A stretch of DNA of 12,036 nt from Oligoflexales bacterium. GTDB lineage: Bacteria > Bdellovibrionota_B > Oligoflexia > Oligoflexales > RGVZ01. The translations under genes were made by a program, and so were the position numbers. The notes beneath the pieces are model-generated. The model was not told the DNA's origin. It saw only the letters and a list, made by a program, of their open reading frames with translations, and made no database searches. The stretch is from assembly GCA_044236265.1 (NCBI GenBank), contig JBIIGV010000084.1, forward strand, positions 1 to 12,036. Direction: 5' to 3'. Within the stretch, counting starts at the first letter, position 1, and each line of letters starts with the position of its first letter. Of the stretch, positions 1-7,035 are shown piece by piece.

Positions 1-76
1 AAACTCTTGGCTATTTGACTCCATTAGAGGTAGAGAAACTGAAAAGTCAGGTGTTGCACTGAGAGTTAGAACCTAG
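1..76 (+). mobile_element. Right end of a probable IS30-family insertion sequence, terminal inverted repeat at about 50-76
   Basis: GGTGTTGCACTGAGAGTTAGAACCTAG overlaps the transposase stop. On the minus strand it reads ...CAGTGCAACACC, as I recall for IS30-family terminal repeats. The partner repeat is outside the window and the exact end is uncertain by a few nt. Confidence 0.55.
3..62 (+). CDS. C-terminal end of a probable IS30-family transposase (5' part lies outside the window)
   Basis: Frame from nt 3 reads TLGYLTPLEVEKLKSQVLH* (TGA 60-62). This resembles the IS30-type C-terminal 'RKxLGYxTPxE' signature. IS3-type 'SLGYLTP' is a less likely alternative. Confidence 0.6.
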   Translation, partial: TLGYLTPLEVEKLKSQVLH

Positions 77-144
77 TGGTCGGAGTCGGGGTTTTGGGGC
101 AGACAGTTTGTTGCAATGTGGAGAGGTCCTAGTTTTAGGATTCA

Positions 145-165
145 TGTTTGCCATTTGTTTGCCAT
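145..165. repeat. Tandem 10-bp direct repeat TGTTTGCCAT-T-TGTTTGCCAT (integrase arm-type site candidate)
   Basis: Exact copies at 145-154 and 156-165, about 70 bp beyond the tRNA 3' end. The repeat is certain and the function is inferred. Confidence 0.55.
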
Positions 166-189
166 CGGATGGTGTTTTGCACCCGCTCC

Positions 190-226
190 AAAAAGAAACG
201 GCCCTGATTTATTCAATCAAGACCGT
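190..226 (-). terminator. Rho-independent terminator of the tRNA gene
   Basis: Minus strand ACGGTCTTGATT-GAATA-AATCAGGGCCGT (12-bp stem, two G-U pairs) followed by TTCTTTTT, starting about 10 nt after the tRNA CCA. Confidence 0.75.
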
Positions 227-235
227 GACTTAGTT

Positions 236-311
236 TGGTAGCGGGGACAGGACTTGAACCTGTGATCTTCGGGTTATGAGCCCGACGAGATACCAACTTC
301 TCCACCCCGCG
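236..311 (-). tRNA. tRNA-fMet (initiator, anticodon CAT)
   Basis: Reverse complement CGCGGGGTGGAGAAGTTGGTATCTCGTCGGGCTCATAACCCGAAGATCACAGGTTCAAGTCCTGTCCCCGCTACCA. Cloverleaf with CAT anticodon, three consecutive G-C pairs in the anticodon stem, unpaired C1:U72, TTC loop and encoded CCA. Confidence 0.98.
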
Positions 312-325
312 TCATTTGGGACCCC

Positions 326-354
326 TTTATAGGCTTCTGGCTGAAAAGTGTCAA
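326..354 (-). promoter_or_regulatory. sigma70 promoter of tRNA-fMet with GC-rich discriminator
   Basis: Minus strand TTGACA (354-349), 17 bp, TATAAA (331-326), then GGGGTCCC, typical of stable-RNA promoters. Confidence 0.85.
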
Positions 355-356
355 TG

Positions 357-390
357 AAAGAAAACCCCCAAGTCTTCGATGACTTGGGGG
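357..390 (-). terminator. Rho-independent terminator of the aconitase gene
   Basis: Perfect 10-bp stem CCCCCAAGTC (365-374) / GACTTGGGGG (381-390) with a 6-nt loop, followed on the minus strand by TTTTCTTT, about 27 nt after the aconitase stop. Confidence 0.85.
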
Positions 391-416
391 CTCTTGATGG
401 ACTTGGTTTTCAGCGA

Positions 417-2825
417 TCAGTCCTTCATGAGGTTCAGTGCAGAGCCTGCCTTAAACCACTGAATCTGCTCGGCATTATAACTGTGCTTGGCTTCAAAGCT
501 GTCTTTGGAGCCGTCGGCGTGTGTGATGTCGACGTGCAGGTTTTTGCCAGGTGCAAATGTGGAGAGGCCACGGATAGAAAGCTTATCTCCGTCACGAACC
601 TTCTCCCAGTCACTTGGGTTAGCAAACGTCAGAGCAAGGCCCCCTTGCTTCTTGAGGTTGGTTTCATGGATACGAGCAAAGCTCTTCACAATCACCGCAC
701 TCACACCAAGAAATCTTGGCGACATCGCTGCATGCTCACGGCTGGAGCCTTCACCGTAGTTTTCGTCACCAACAACCACCCAGCGTACACCGCGTGCCTT
801 ATAGTCACGGGCAACTTCGGCCACCGTTTTTACGTCACCAGTAAACGCGTTCTTGGTTTTGCCGATGTCTTTTTCCATGAATGCATTGGTCGCACCAAGG
901 AACATGTTGTCAGAGATCTTGTCCAAGTGACCGCGGAAGGCTAGCCACTTACCAGCTGGTGAAATGTGGTCAGTCGTTGTTTTACCTTTGGTCTTAAGAA
1001 GAAGCTGATGCTCTACGAAATCCTGGCCATCCCACGCACCGAACGGCGCAAGAAGCTGTAGGCGAGGGCTCTTTGGACTAACGGCGACTTTTAGTTTGTC
1101 ACCGTTTTCTGCAGGCTCTGCAAATCCAGCTGTGCCTTTGGCAAATCCTACCATGGGAAGCTCTGCACCCATCGGTGCGCGCAGACGAATCTTCTGACCA
1201 GCTTTGTTGGTCAAATAATCAGTGTAGGGATTAAAGGAAAGACTTCCTGAGATCGCATAAGCCACCACCATTTCTGGTGAGCTGATGAAGCCAAGAGTTT
1301 CTGCGTTACCGTCGTTACGGGCGCGGAAGTTACGGTTAAAGCTAGTGACGATAGAGTTTGGAGTGCCATCTTTCATGTCGTCACGCTTCCACTGACCGAT
1401 ACATGGACCGCAGGCGTTGGCCATGACCACAGCGCCAAAGTCTTCAAAGACTTTAAGAAGTCCATCACGCTTCATCGTGTTGTAGATCTGATCAGAACCT
1501 GGAGATACAAGGAACTGGCTCTTAGCTTTAAGTCCTTGCTCCATCGCGTACTTCACAACACTCGCTGCACGCGAGATGTCTTCGTAGGAGCTATTCGTAC
1601 AGCTTCCAATGAGACAAGCCGAAATTCTGTCGTGGTAGCCTTTTTCTTTTACTTCACCACCAAGTTTTGAAACTGAGCGCGCAAGGTCAGGCGTATGAGG
1701 ACCAACGATCTGTGGCTCTAGCTCAGAAAGATTAATCTCGATCACTTCGTCGTAGTAACGCTCTGGGTGCGCTTCACAGTCAGCGTCTGCTCTGAGGTGT
1801 TCTGCATAATGATCTGCAAGATCTGCCAGGGCTGTGCGCTCAGTGGTACGAAGGTATGTTCCCATGCGCTCATCGTAAGGGAAGACTGAGCATGTCGCGC
1901 CAAGCTCTGCACCCATGTTGGTGATGGTCGCTTTGCCGGTACAAGAAATGGATTTTACGCCTGGGCCAAAGTACTCAACAATTTTGTTGGTTCCGCCCTT
2001 AACAGTGAGCTTGCCACAAAGTGCCAAGATCACGTCCTTAGGTGAGGTCCAGCTTGAGAGAGAGCCTGTGAGTTTTACGCCAATAAACTTGGGATTGAGA
2101 AGTTCCCAAGGCATGCCAGCCATCACATCGACGGCATCTGCACCGCCGACACCAATGGCACACATGCCAAGGCCGCCAGCGTTTGGCGTGTGGGAGTCTG
2201 TCCCGATCATCAGACCACCGGGGAACGCATAATTTTCAAGGACTACTTGATGAATGATACCGGAGCCTGGCTTCCAGAAACCAATGCCGTACTTTTTGCT
2301 GGCAGAGGCAAGGAAGTCATACACTTCATCGTTATCTTTATTTGCTGTCTTCATGTCAGCTGCAACGCCCTTACGTGCCACGATCAAGTGATCGCAGTGC
2401 ACAGTCGATGGAACAGCCACTTTCTTTTTGCCAGATTGGATGAACTGCAAAATAGCCATCTGCGCAGTTGCATCTTGCATCGCGACGCGGTCAGGACGCA
2501 GCATAATAAAGCTTTTGCCGCGTGTGTACTGACTGACGTTCGTATCGTTATCTAAGTGCGAGAAAAGAATTTTCTCTGCAAGGGTTAGCCCGCGACCAAG
2601 GTCTTTGCGGTAGCGCTCAAGCTTTTGTGGAAGCGACTGATAATGTTTTGCAACAACCTCTGGACGAGTGGCGCATACACTCACCTTTGCTTTGCCAGAT
2701 GACTTCGCCGCTGACTTTTTTGCGGGAGCAGATTTTTTTGCCTTCGCTGTTTTCTTCTTGGCAGCGGGCTTTGCTTTCTTAGGAGACTTCTTTGCGAGGA
2801 TTTTTTTTGCGGATTTTGAGGTCAT
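417..2825 (-). CDS. acnA: Aconitate hydratase, mitochondrial-type clade, 802 aa, with Lys/Ala-rich N-terminal extension
   Basis: Motifs [51 protein letters not shown] and [11 protein letters not shown] (three 4Fe-4S Cys), [39 protein letters not shown]. Start placed at ATG 2825, preceded by AAAGGA, rather than the ORF-track start at 2873. Confidence 0.95.
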   Translation of the reverse strand: MTSKSAKKILAKKSPKKAKPAAKKKTAKAKKSAPAKKSAAKSSGKAKVSVCATRPEVVAKHYQSLPQKLERYRKDLGRGLTLAEKILFSHLDNDTNVSQYTRGKSFIMLRPDRVAMQDATAQMAILQFIQSGKKKVAVPSTVHCDHLIVARKGVAADMKTANKDNDEVYDFLASASKKYGIGFWKPGSGIIHQVVLENYAFPGGLMIGTDSHTPNAGGLGMCAIGVGGADAVDVMAGMPWELLNPKFIGVKLTGSLSSWTSPKDVILALCGKLTVKGGTNKIVEYFGPGVKSISCTGKATITNMGAELGATCSVFPYDERMGTYLRTTERTALADLADHYAEHLRADADCEAHPERYYDEVIEINLSELEPQIVGPHTPDLARSVSKLGGEVKEKGYHDRISACLIGSCTNSSYEDISRAASVVKYAMEQGLKAKSQFLVSPGSDQIYNTMKRDGLLKVFEDFGAVVMANACGPCIGQWKRDDMKDGTPNSIVTSFNRNFRARNDGNAETLGFISSPEMVVAYAISGSLSFNPYTDYLTNKAGQKIRLRAPMGAELPMVGFAKGTAGFAEPAENGDKLKVAVSPKSPRLQLLAPFGAWDGQDFVEHQLLLKTKGKTTTDHISPAGKWLAFRGHLDKISDNMFLGATNAFMEKDIGKTKNAFTGDVKTVAEVARDYKARGVRWVVVGDENYGEGSSREHAAMSPRFLGVSAVIVKSFARIHETNLKKQGGLALTFANPSDWEKVRDGDKLSIRGLSTFAPGKNLHVDITHADGSKDSFEAKHSYNAEQIQWFKAGSALNLMKD

Positions 2826-2897
2826 AGACGTGTTGTCCTTTCTCGGATTTCTACACCCTCCAGATTGCCACAACCCCCCAAAATATCAAGGAAATGC

Positions 2898-3002
2898 CTA
2901 ATTGGGGACACACGACTGATCCCAATTAATTGACCTTATTTGGGTTTGGTCGCCTGTCCCCAAATTCACCAAATTAGGGTTTGGTCGTGTGTCCCCAATT
3001 AG
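2898..3002. repeat. 105-bp REP/MITE-like element with perfect 19-bp terminal inverted repeats and an internal third copy
   Basis: CTAATTGGGGACACACGAC (2898-2916) / GTCGTGTGTCCCCAATTAG (2984-3002). Internal direct repeat GGGTTTGGTCGcctGTCCCCAA (2942-2963) vs GGGTTTGGTCGtgtGTCCCCAA (2977-2998), 2 mismatches. Confidence 0.8.
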
Positions 3003-3092
3003 CAAAATTCCCTTTGACCTCGAGGGTTTCCGGGAATCTTACGCCAATCGGTGTGTACTTTATTAGCAAATGAAGAATAGGTCAGGTGGCCC

Positions 3093-4184
3093 TCAATTCT
3101 TGGAGATGGGTGGCTGCGTCGTACCGATTGTTTCGACGTAAGAACAAATAAATCGAAATCTGTCCCACTCAATAAATTGACCTTCTGATTCGGCGAAACA
3201 TAGAGGATTAAATCCGGCGATTTCACGACTTGCTAGAATCTCTTCTTCAGGTCTACCGCGAGGATCAACCGTGGTTTTGACCACTGCATATTCTGTGCGC
3301 CGACGGGTAATAGCCTCTCGAGTCTCGGCGCAGCTATCCTCGTCATGAATCATAAACCTAAGTGACAGCTCACCATCTGGAAGCAGCAGCACAGGATCAG
3401 CCCGTTCACCCGTTACGCCGAAACCAGCCTCGTAGCTTTTCAGGGAATCACCCTTAAAGATTCGGTAACGCGTGTAAGCATGCTGGGAGGGATATTCGCC
3501 GTTGCCATAAACCATACATGAGAATGTATCCATCACTCCAAATTGACGACCAATCATGCCGTTTTTAACTGCTGTAAAAACAAAAGCTGAACCAAGCTCG
3601 TCTAAAAACTCACGGCCTGTGGCATAAGGACCAATGGGATCATTATCTCGTACGATTTGATCATTGTAGGTAACCTTGTGCCCAAACTCATGAGTCAAAA
3701 GCTGCAATACTTGCTGCGGCCCAAGACGAGACAACAGGGGACGATTAAATTCAATTTCACCTCTAGCACCATAGGGAGTGCGCGCAACTACTTCAATCAA
3801 GTGACCGTCAGGGCCCTCCACAAGTAACGGATCCGACGTCAAAATAAATTTGGTATGGGCATCGCCACGATTCAGGGCAGCAAATTGATCGAGCGTTGCA
3901 GTTATAAACTGACGGCAAAACTCTTGGGCTCCGGGACGTAATCCAGGAGCTGCGCAGGCCTCTGTGACTGCCTCTGGCGTTTGATGAAACTTTCCAAGGA
4001 CATCGTTTAGTTTTCGTCTAGTAACTTCCAGGTAATAGTAAATAGGATCACCGCCGCCACCTACGGACGTGCCCCCATCGTCAACTTTTAAGCGACTGGC
4101 GCTGAGACGGGCGTCACAGGCTGAAGCAAGACTCAAAGCAGTCAGCGTCCAAATTATTACCCAATATTTATTTCTTGGCGTCAT
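3093..4184 (-). CDS. Putative lipoprotein with zincin-like HExxH motif, 363 aa
   Basis: ATG 4184 with GGAG RBS at 4194-4191. Signal peptide ends in a lipobox-like LASA-C. GGGTSVGGGGD segment, and LLTHEFGH with HEFGH at 3692-3678. Start overlaps the upstream gene's end by 17 nt. Confidence 0.75.
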   Translation of the reverse strand: MTPRNKYWVIIWTLTALSLASACDARLSASRLKVDDGGTSVGGGGDPIYYYLEVTRRKLNDVLGKFHQTPEAVTEACAAPGLRPGAQEFCRQFITATLDQFAALNRGDAHTKFILTSDPLLVEGPDGHLIEVVARTPYGARGEIEFNRPLLSRLGPQQVLQLLTHEFGHKVTYNDQIVRDNDPIGPYATGREFLDELGSAFVFTAVKNGMIGRQFGVMDTFSCMVYGNGEYPSQHAYTRYRIFKGDSLKSYEAGFGVTGERADPVLLLPDGELSLRFMIHDEDSCAETREAITRRRTEYAVVKTTVDPRGRPEEEILASREIAGFNPLCFAESEGQFIEWDRFRFICSYVETIGTTQPPISKN

Positions 4185-4986
4185 ACTTAACTCCAATTGG
4201 TGTGAGATGAATCGCCACCTGGACTAATTCATCTGCTGGCTGATCGTTTGGGTGATCATCAATAAACTTTTGAAGCCTCACGTGGAATTCCTGCATCAAA
4301 TCTCTTAGCTCTTGAGCTGAGGATTCTGTCACTGCAATCAACGTGGTACTTGATTTTCGTCTAGTCCCCACAGGGAATTTATCCATGCCATCGATCGCAA
4401 TTTGGAGAGCCCTCTTGTGAAATGCTTTGATCTTGTCATTTGGAATGTCATTGGTTGTGACTGTTAAGTCCTCTTCAATGACTAGCTTTCCGGACGGTGT
4501 TTTCCGCCAAAATCCTTCACGCTGAAGAAACTCGATAGATTTTTCAATCTGCGCTAGCGGTAAGATCCCAGTGAGCATCTTTTGAAGGACCGGAACCTCT
4601 GGCTTAAAGCCTTTTAGGAAAATCAAATCCTTGACGTAGGGATGCCACCAACTAGCTAAAAGATGATTTTTAGGAATCGCGCTGGCACCCGCACGCTTTG
4701 GCTCTAGACTCTCTTTGGGCATTTTTTGAGCTAGCAAAAGCTCATCGACAAAGGAAATCTCTGCCACTGTTAGGTCAAAAAGTTTCCCGATGGCTGGAAG
4801 TTGATCGCGGGTGAGATTGCGACGTCCCGCCAATATTTGAGACACCAAAGCCTGCGAACAACCCCTAACGAGTTTTGTTCGTTCACGCAGGCTAAAGTCT
4901 CTCGTGACTTTATAGTAGCCCATGAGTTCTTTTAAGAACAAATGCGGTGCTGCAAAGTCAAAAATGACGGGACGGCTAGAGGTCAT
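4168..4986 (-). CDS. TIGR02147/DUF4423-like protein with N-terminal HTH, 272 aa
   Basis: XRE-like HTH (FSLRE...SQALVSQILAGRRNLT), 'LASWWHPYVKDLI', 'IKAFHKRALQIA', 'RKSSTTLIAV' and a C-terminal 'VQVAIHLTPI'. Length and layout match the family as I recall it. Confidence 0.85.
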   Translation of the reverse strand: MTSSRPVIFDFAAPHLFLKELMGYYKVTRDFSLRERTKLVRGCSQALVSQILAGRRNLTRDQLPAIGKLFDLTVAEISFVDELLLAQKMPKESLEPKRAGASAIPKNHLLASWWHPYVKDLIFLKGFKPEVPVLQKMLTGILPLAQIEKSIEFLQREGFWRKTPSGKLVIEEDLTVTTNDIPNDKIKAFHKRALQIAIDGMDKFPVGTRRKSSTTLIAVTESSAQELRDLMQEFHVRLQKFIDDHPNDQPADELVQVAIHLTPIGVKYDAKK

Positions 4987-4991
4987 GTACT

Positions 4992-5594
4992 TTACTCGCC
5001 TGGTGCCGTTTTAATACTAGCTCTAAACGAGCACCCGCCCATTAATACGAAATAAAACTTCCCATTTGGATCAATATAAGGGTCATAGGTTATCCAGAAG
5101 TCTTCTGCGTTCAAAACCGCAAGCCCGCCAGAGATAGCCATATCCTTCCATTCTGGTGACGGATGTAAAAAGGGATCATGCAATGGCATGACCACAGATG
5201 GCCCAGGCGCAAGACAGGGCTTGCCAGCTTCACAGAAAGTACCCATCAAATTCAAACTTGGAGAAACTTTCGCTGCGAGCAATTGGCCCGCTTCGTCATA
5301 CTGTTGAGCGACAAAATACTGCATGTTGTAGACTCCAACCGCAGTGCCAGTCGTATTTTTGAGGCTTCCGTTTATGAAAGTACCCCCAGAGAATAGTCGC
5401 ACCCTTTCCGACCACCCTTCAGGCTTTTGAATTTCCTTTCTGAAAGAGTCCAAAGAAGAGTTTTGGGAAGATTCGACTCCAGAAAGGGAATCCTTAATTC
5501 CAAATCGGCAGTCAAACTTATCAAAAACCGCGCCATATACTTGCGACGAAGCAAGACCTGCAATTACAAGCGCGCAACTCAAAAACTGTCTCAT
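4992..5594 (-). CDS. Secreted hypothetical protein, 200 aa
   Basis: AGGAG RBS before the ATG, Sec-type signal peptide (MRQFLSCALVIAGLASSQVYG/A), four Cys in the mature part, 5-nt gap to the next gene. Confidence 0.8.
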   Translation of the reverse strand: MRQFLSCALVIAGLASSQVYGAVFDKFDCRFGIKDSLSGVESSQNSSLDSFRKEIQKPEGWSERVRLFSGGTFINGSLKNTTGTAVGVYNMQYFVAQQYDEAGQLLAAKVSPSLNLMGTFCEAGKPCLAPGPSVVMPLHDPFLHPSPEWKDMAISGGLAVLNAEDFWITYDPYIDPNGKFYFVLMGGCSFRASIKTAPGE

Positions 5595-5688
5595 AGAAAA
5601 TCTCCTTTTAGGATGTCTTATAAAATTTGAAACTCCTCACCGCGGTTCTTTAACCATGGCATAGGAGTTTAGACGTGACAAGACCTGG

Positions 5689-5719
5689 TGATTACATTTG
5701 TAATCAATAAATCCGTCGA
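5689..5719 (-). promoter_or_regulatory. Palindromic operator candidate overlapping a weak sigma70-like promoter
   Basis: TGATTACA-TT-TGTAATCA (5689-5706). Minus strand TCGACG (5719-5714), 17 bp, TGTAAT (5696-5691). The -10 lacks the conserved -11 A. Confidence 0.5.
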
Positions 5720-5730
5720 AAAAGGAAATT

Positions 5731-6189
5731 TTATTTGTTTGATTTGGCTTTCATCTTGTCGGCGAGCTCATTGAGCTTCACGGCAAGATCTTGCAACTCG
5801 TCCCCATCGCGGAGAATAAGTTTTGAGGGGACGCGCTCCTCGAGGAGCTCATCCACGAAACGGTGGATTGAAACCAGGGGACCATAGATTTTGTGAGTGT
5901 AGTGGACGGCCACGTAGAACGTTGTGCCGACAAAAAGAAGCACCAGCGATCCGATCATAATCATGGGAGTCGATAGTTTGCCCAAGGTCAATGACGCGTC
6001 GCCACCAGAGAGCTGGAAGTAGGTTTTTACCGCAGCAAACACATCGGAAAGAATCCAGTAGACCAGTCCACCGATCAACAGCGAAAAGATCACGTTAACC
6101 ACAATAAACATGAAGCCAAGCTTGATCTGGAAATAAGGTTCCACCAGCTTTGAGCGCACGCCGCCGCGACGACCCTTGATACTTGCCAT
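5731..6189 (-). CDS. Small membrane protein with two TM helices and a C-terminal HAMP-like domain, 152 aa
   Basis: Two hydrophobic stretches, then THKIYGPLVSIHRFVDEL...LRDGDELQDLAVKLNELA (HAMP pattern). GGGGAG RBS upstream. Confidence 0.8.
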   Translation of the reverse strand: MASIKGRRGGVRSKLVEPYFQIKLGFMFIVVNVIFSLLIGGLVYWILSDVFAAVKTYFQLSGGDASLTLGKLSTPMIMIGSLVLLFVGTTFYVAVHYTHKIYGPLVSIHRFVDELLEERVPSKLILRDGDELQDLAVKLNELADKMKAKSNK

Positions 6190-6290
6190 GCTGATGTCAC
6201 TCCCCGTTTGGTTTTCCTGCTATAAATTCTAGCAAGCCACGGCCTGATTGAAAATCTTTTTTATAATCAAATGTTAGAAGCAAAAATACG

Positions 6291-7019
6291 CTACTTTGCG
6301 CGAGGCAGCATGCCCAAGAATACGGCAACCGCAGGGGCCGCTGTGCGGGCTCGCAAGACCCAAGGACCAAGTCGCACAGGCTTAAAGCCCGAAGTCTTGG
6401 CAGCGGCTTCTTCCCTTGCGGAAAATCCTTTTTCACCACCAACGAGAGCGACGATCCCACCGCGATCACCTTTTACGCCAGCTTGAATGCCAATGAGATC
6501 TTCGTCAGCCTCGGGAAGCATGATCCATTTATGCTCAAACATCGAGACCGCACCCAGCGCATCACTCAAACTATCAAAAGCTTCCACTTCGACTGACCAC
6601 GGTCTTTTCGATTGCTTTAAAGCTGATTGAACGAGCCTTTGCCAACGCTCCGAGGCGCTGTCAGCCACTCTGAACTTTGGTGTATCTTCTTGGCGGTAAA
6701 TCAAAATCCTATCGACACCAAGCTCAACCAGAGGAGCAATTAAATCATCCACGTCTCCTGGCTTTAGTGCTCCAATTAAAACCGCTCTGGTCCATCGGTC
6801 TTTGGGGTGACAAGATTCTTGGACCTCGGTGACGGAAACTTTTGACTTAGAGTCGATTTGGAGCCGCCCGAATCCAGTGACTCCCTGGCCATCCATCACT
6901 TCAACCGTCTCATCATCGTTAAGTCGCAGAACCTTCAGCGCGTGCGTCACCTCGTCATCATCTAAGATCCAGTGACCTTGAGATAACTTTTTTGCAAAAA
7001 ATCGGTACGTATGCGCCAA
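6291..7019 (-). CDS. rsmE: 16S rRNA (uracil1498-N3)-methyltransferase RsmE
   Basis: HALKVLRL, VELGVDRI, ALKQSKR, LVGGEKGFS and LGPWVLRARTA SPOUT motifs. Directly downstream of prmA, a common synteny. TTG start with GAGG RBS. Confidence 0.93.
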   Translation of the reverse strand: MAHTYRFFAKKLSQGHWILDDDEVTHALKVLRLNDDETVEVMDGQGVTGFGRLQIDSKSKVSVTEVQESCHPKDRWTRAVLIGALKPGDVDDLIAPLVELGVDRILIYRQEDTPKFRVADSASERWQRLVQSALKQSKRPWSVEVEAFDSLSDALGAVSMFEHKWIMLPEADEDLIGIQAGVKGDRGGIVALVGGEKGFSAREEAAAKTSGFKPVRLGPWVLRARTAAPAVAVFLGMLPRAK

Positions 7020-7035
7020 AGTAAAATCTACCTCG

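Noticed and set aside
2826..2873. Longer aconitase start (MWQSGG...)
   Set aside because: Non-ATG start without an RBS, and the extension spans the AAAGGA RBS of ATG 2825.
348..2901. ORFs 348-944, 434-625, 487-759, 1915-2232, 2190-2555 and 2668-2901
   Set aside because: Antisense or out-of-frame shadows of aconitase with no recognisable motifs. ORF 348-944 also runs through the terminator hairpin.
2898..3002. Possible CRISPR mini-array
   Set aside because: Only three short copies, one inverted, with a 13-nt gap between the direct copies and no cas genes.
6230..6245. sigma54-like GG...TTGC upstream of the HAMP gene (minus strand AGGCCGTGGCTTGCT)
   Set aside because: GG-to-GC spacing is 9 nt, not the required 10.
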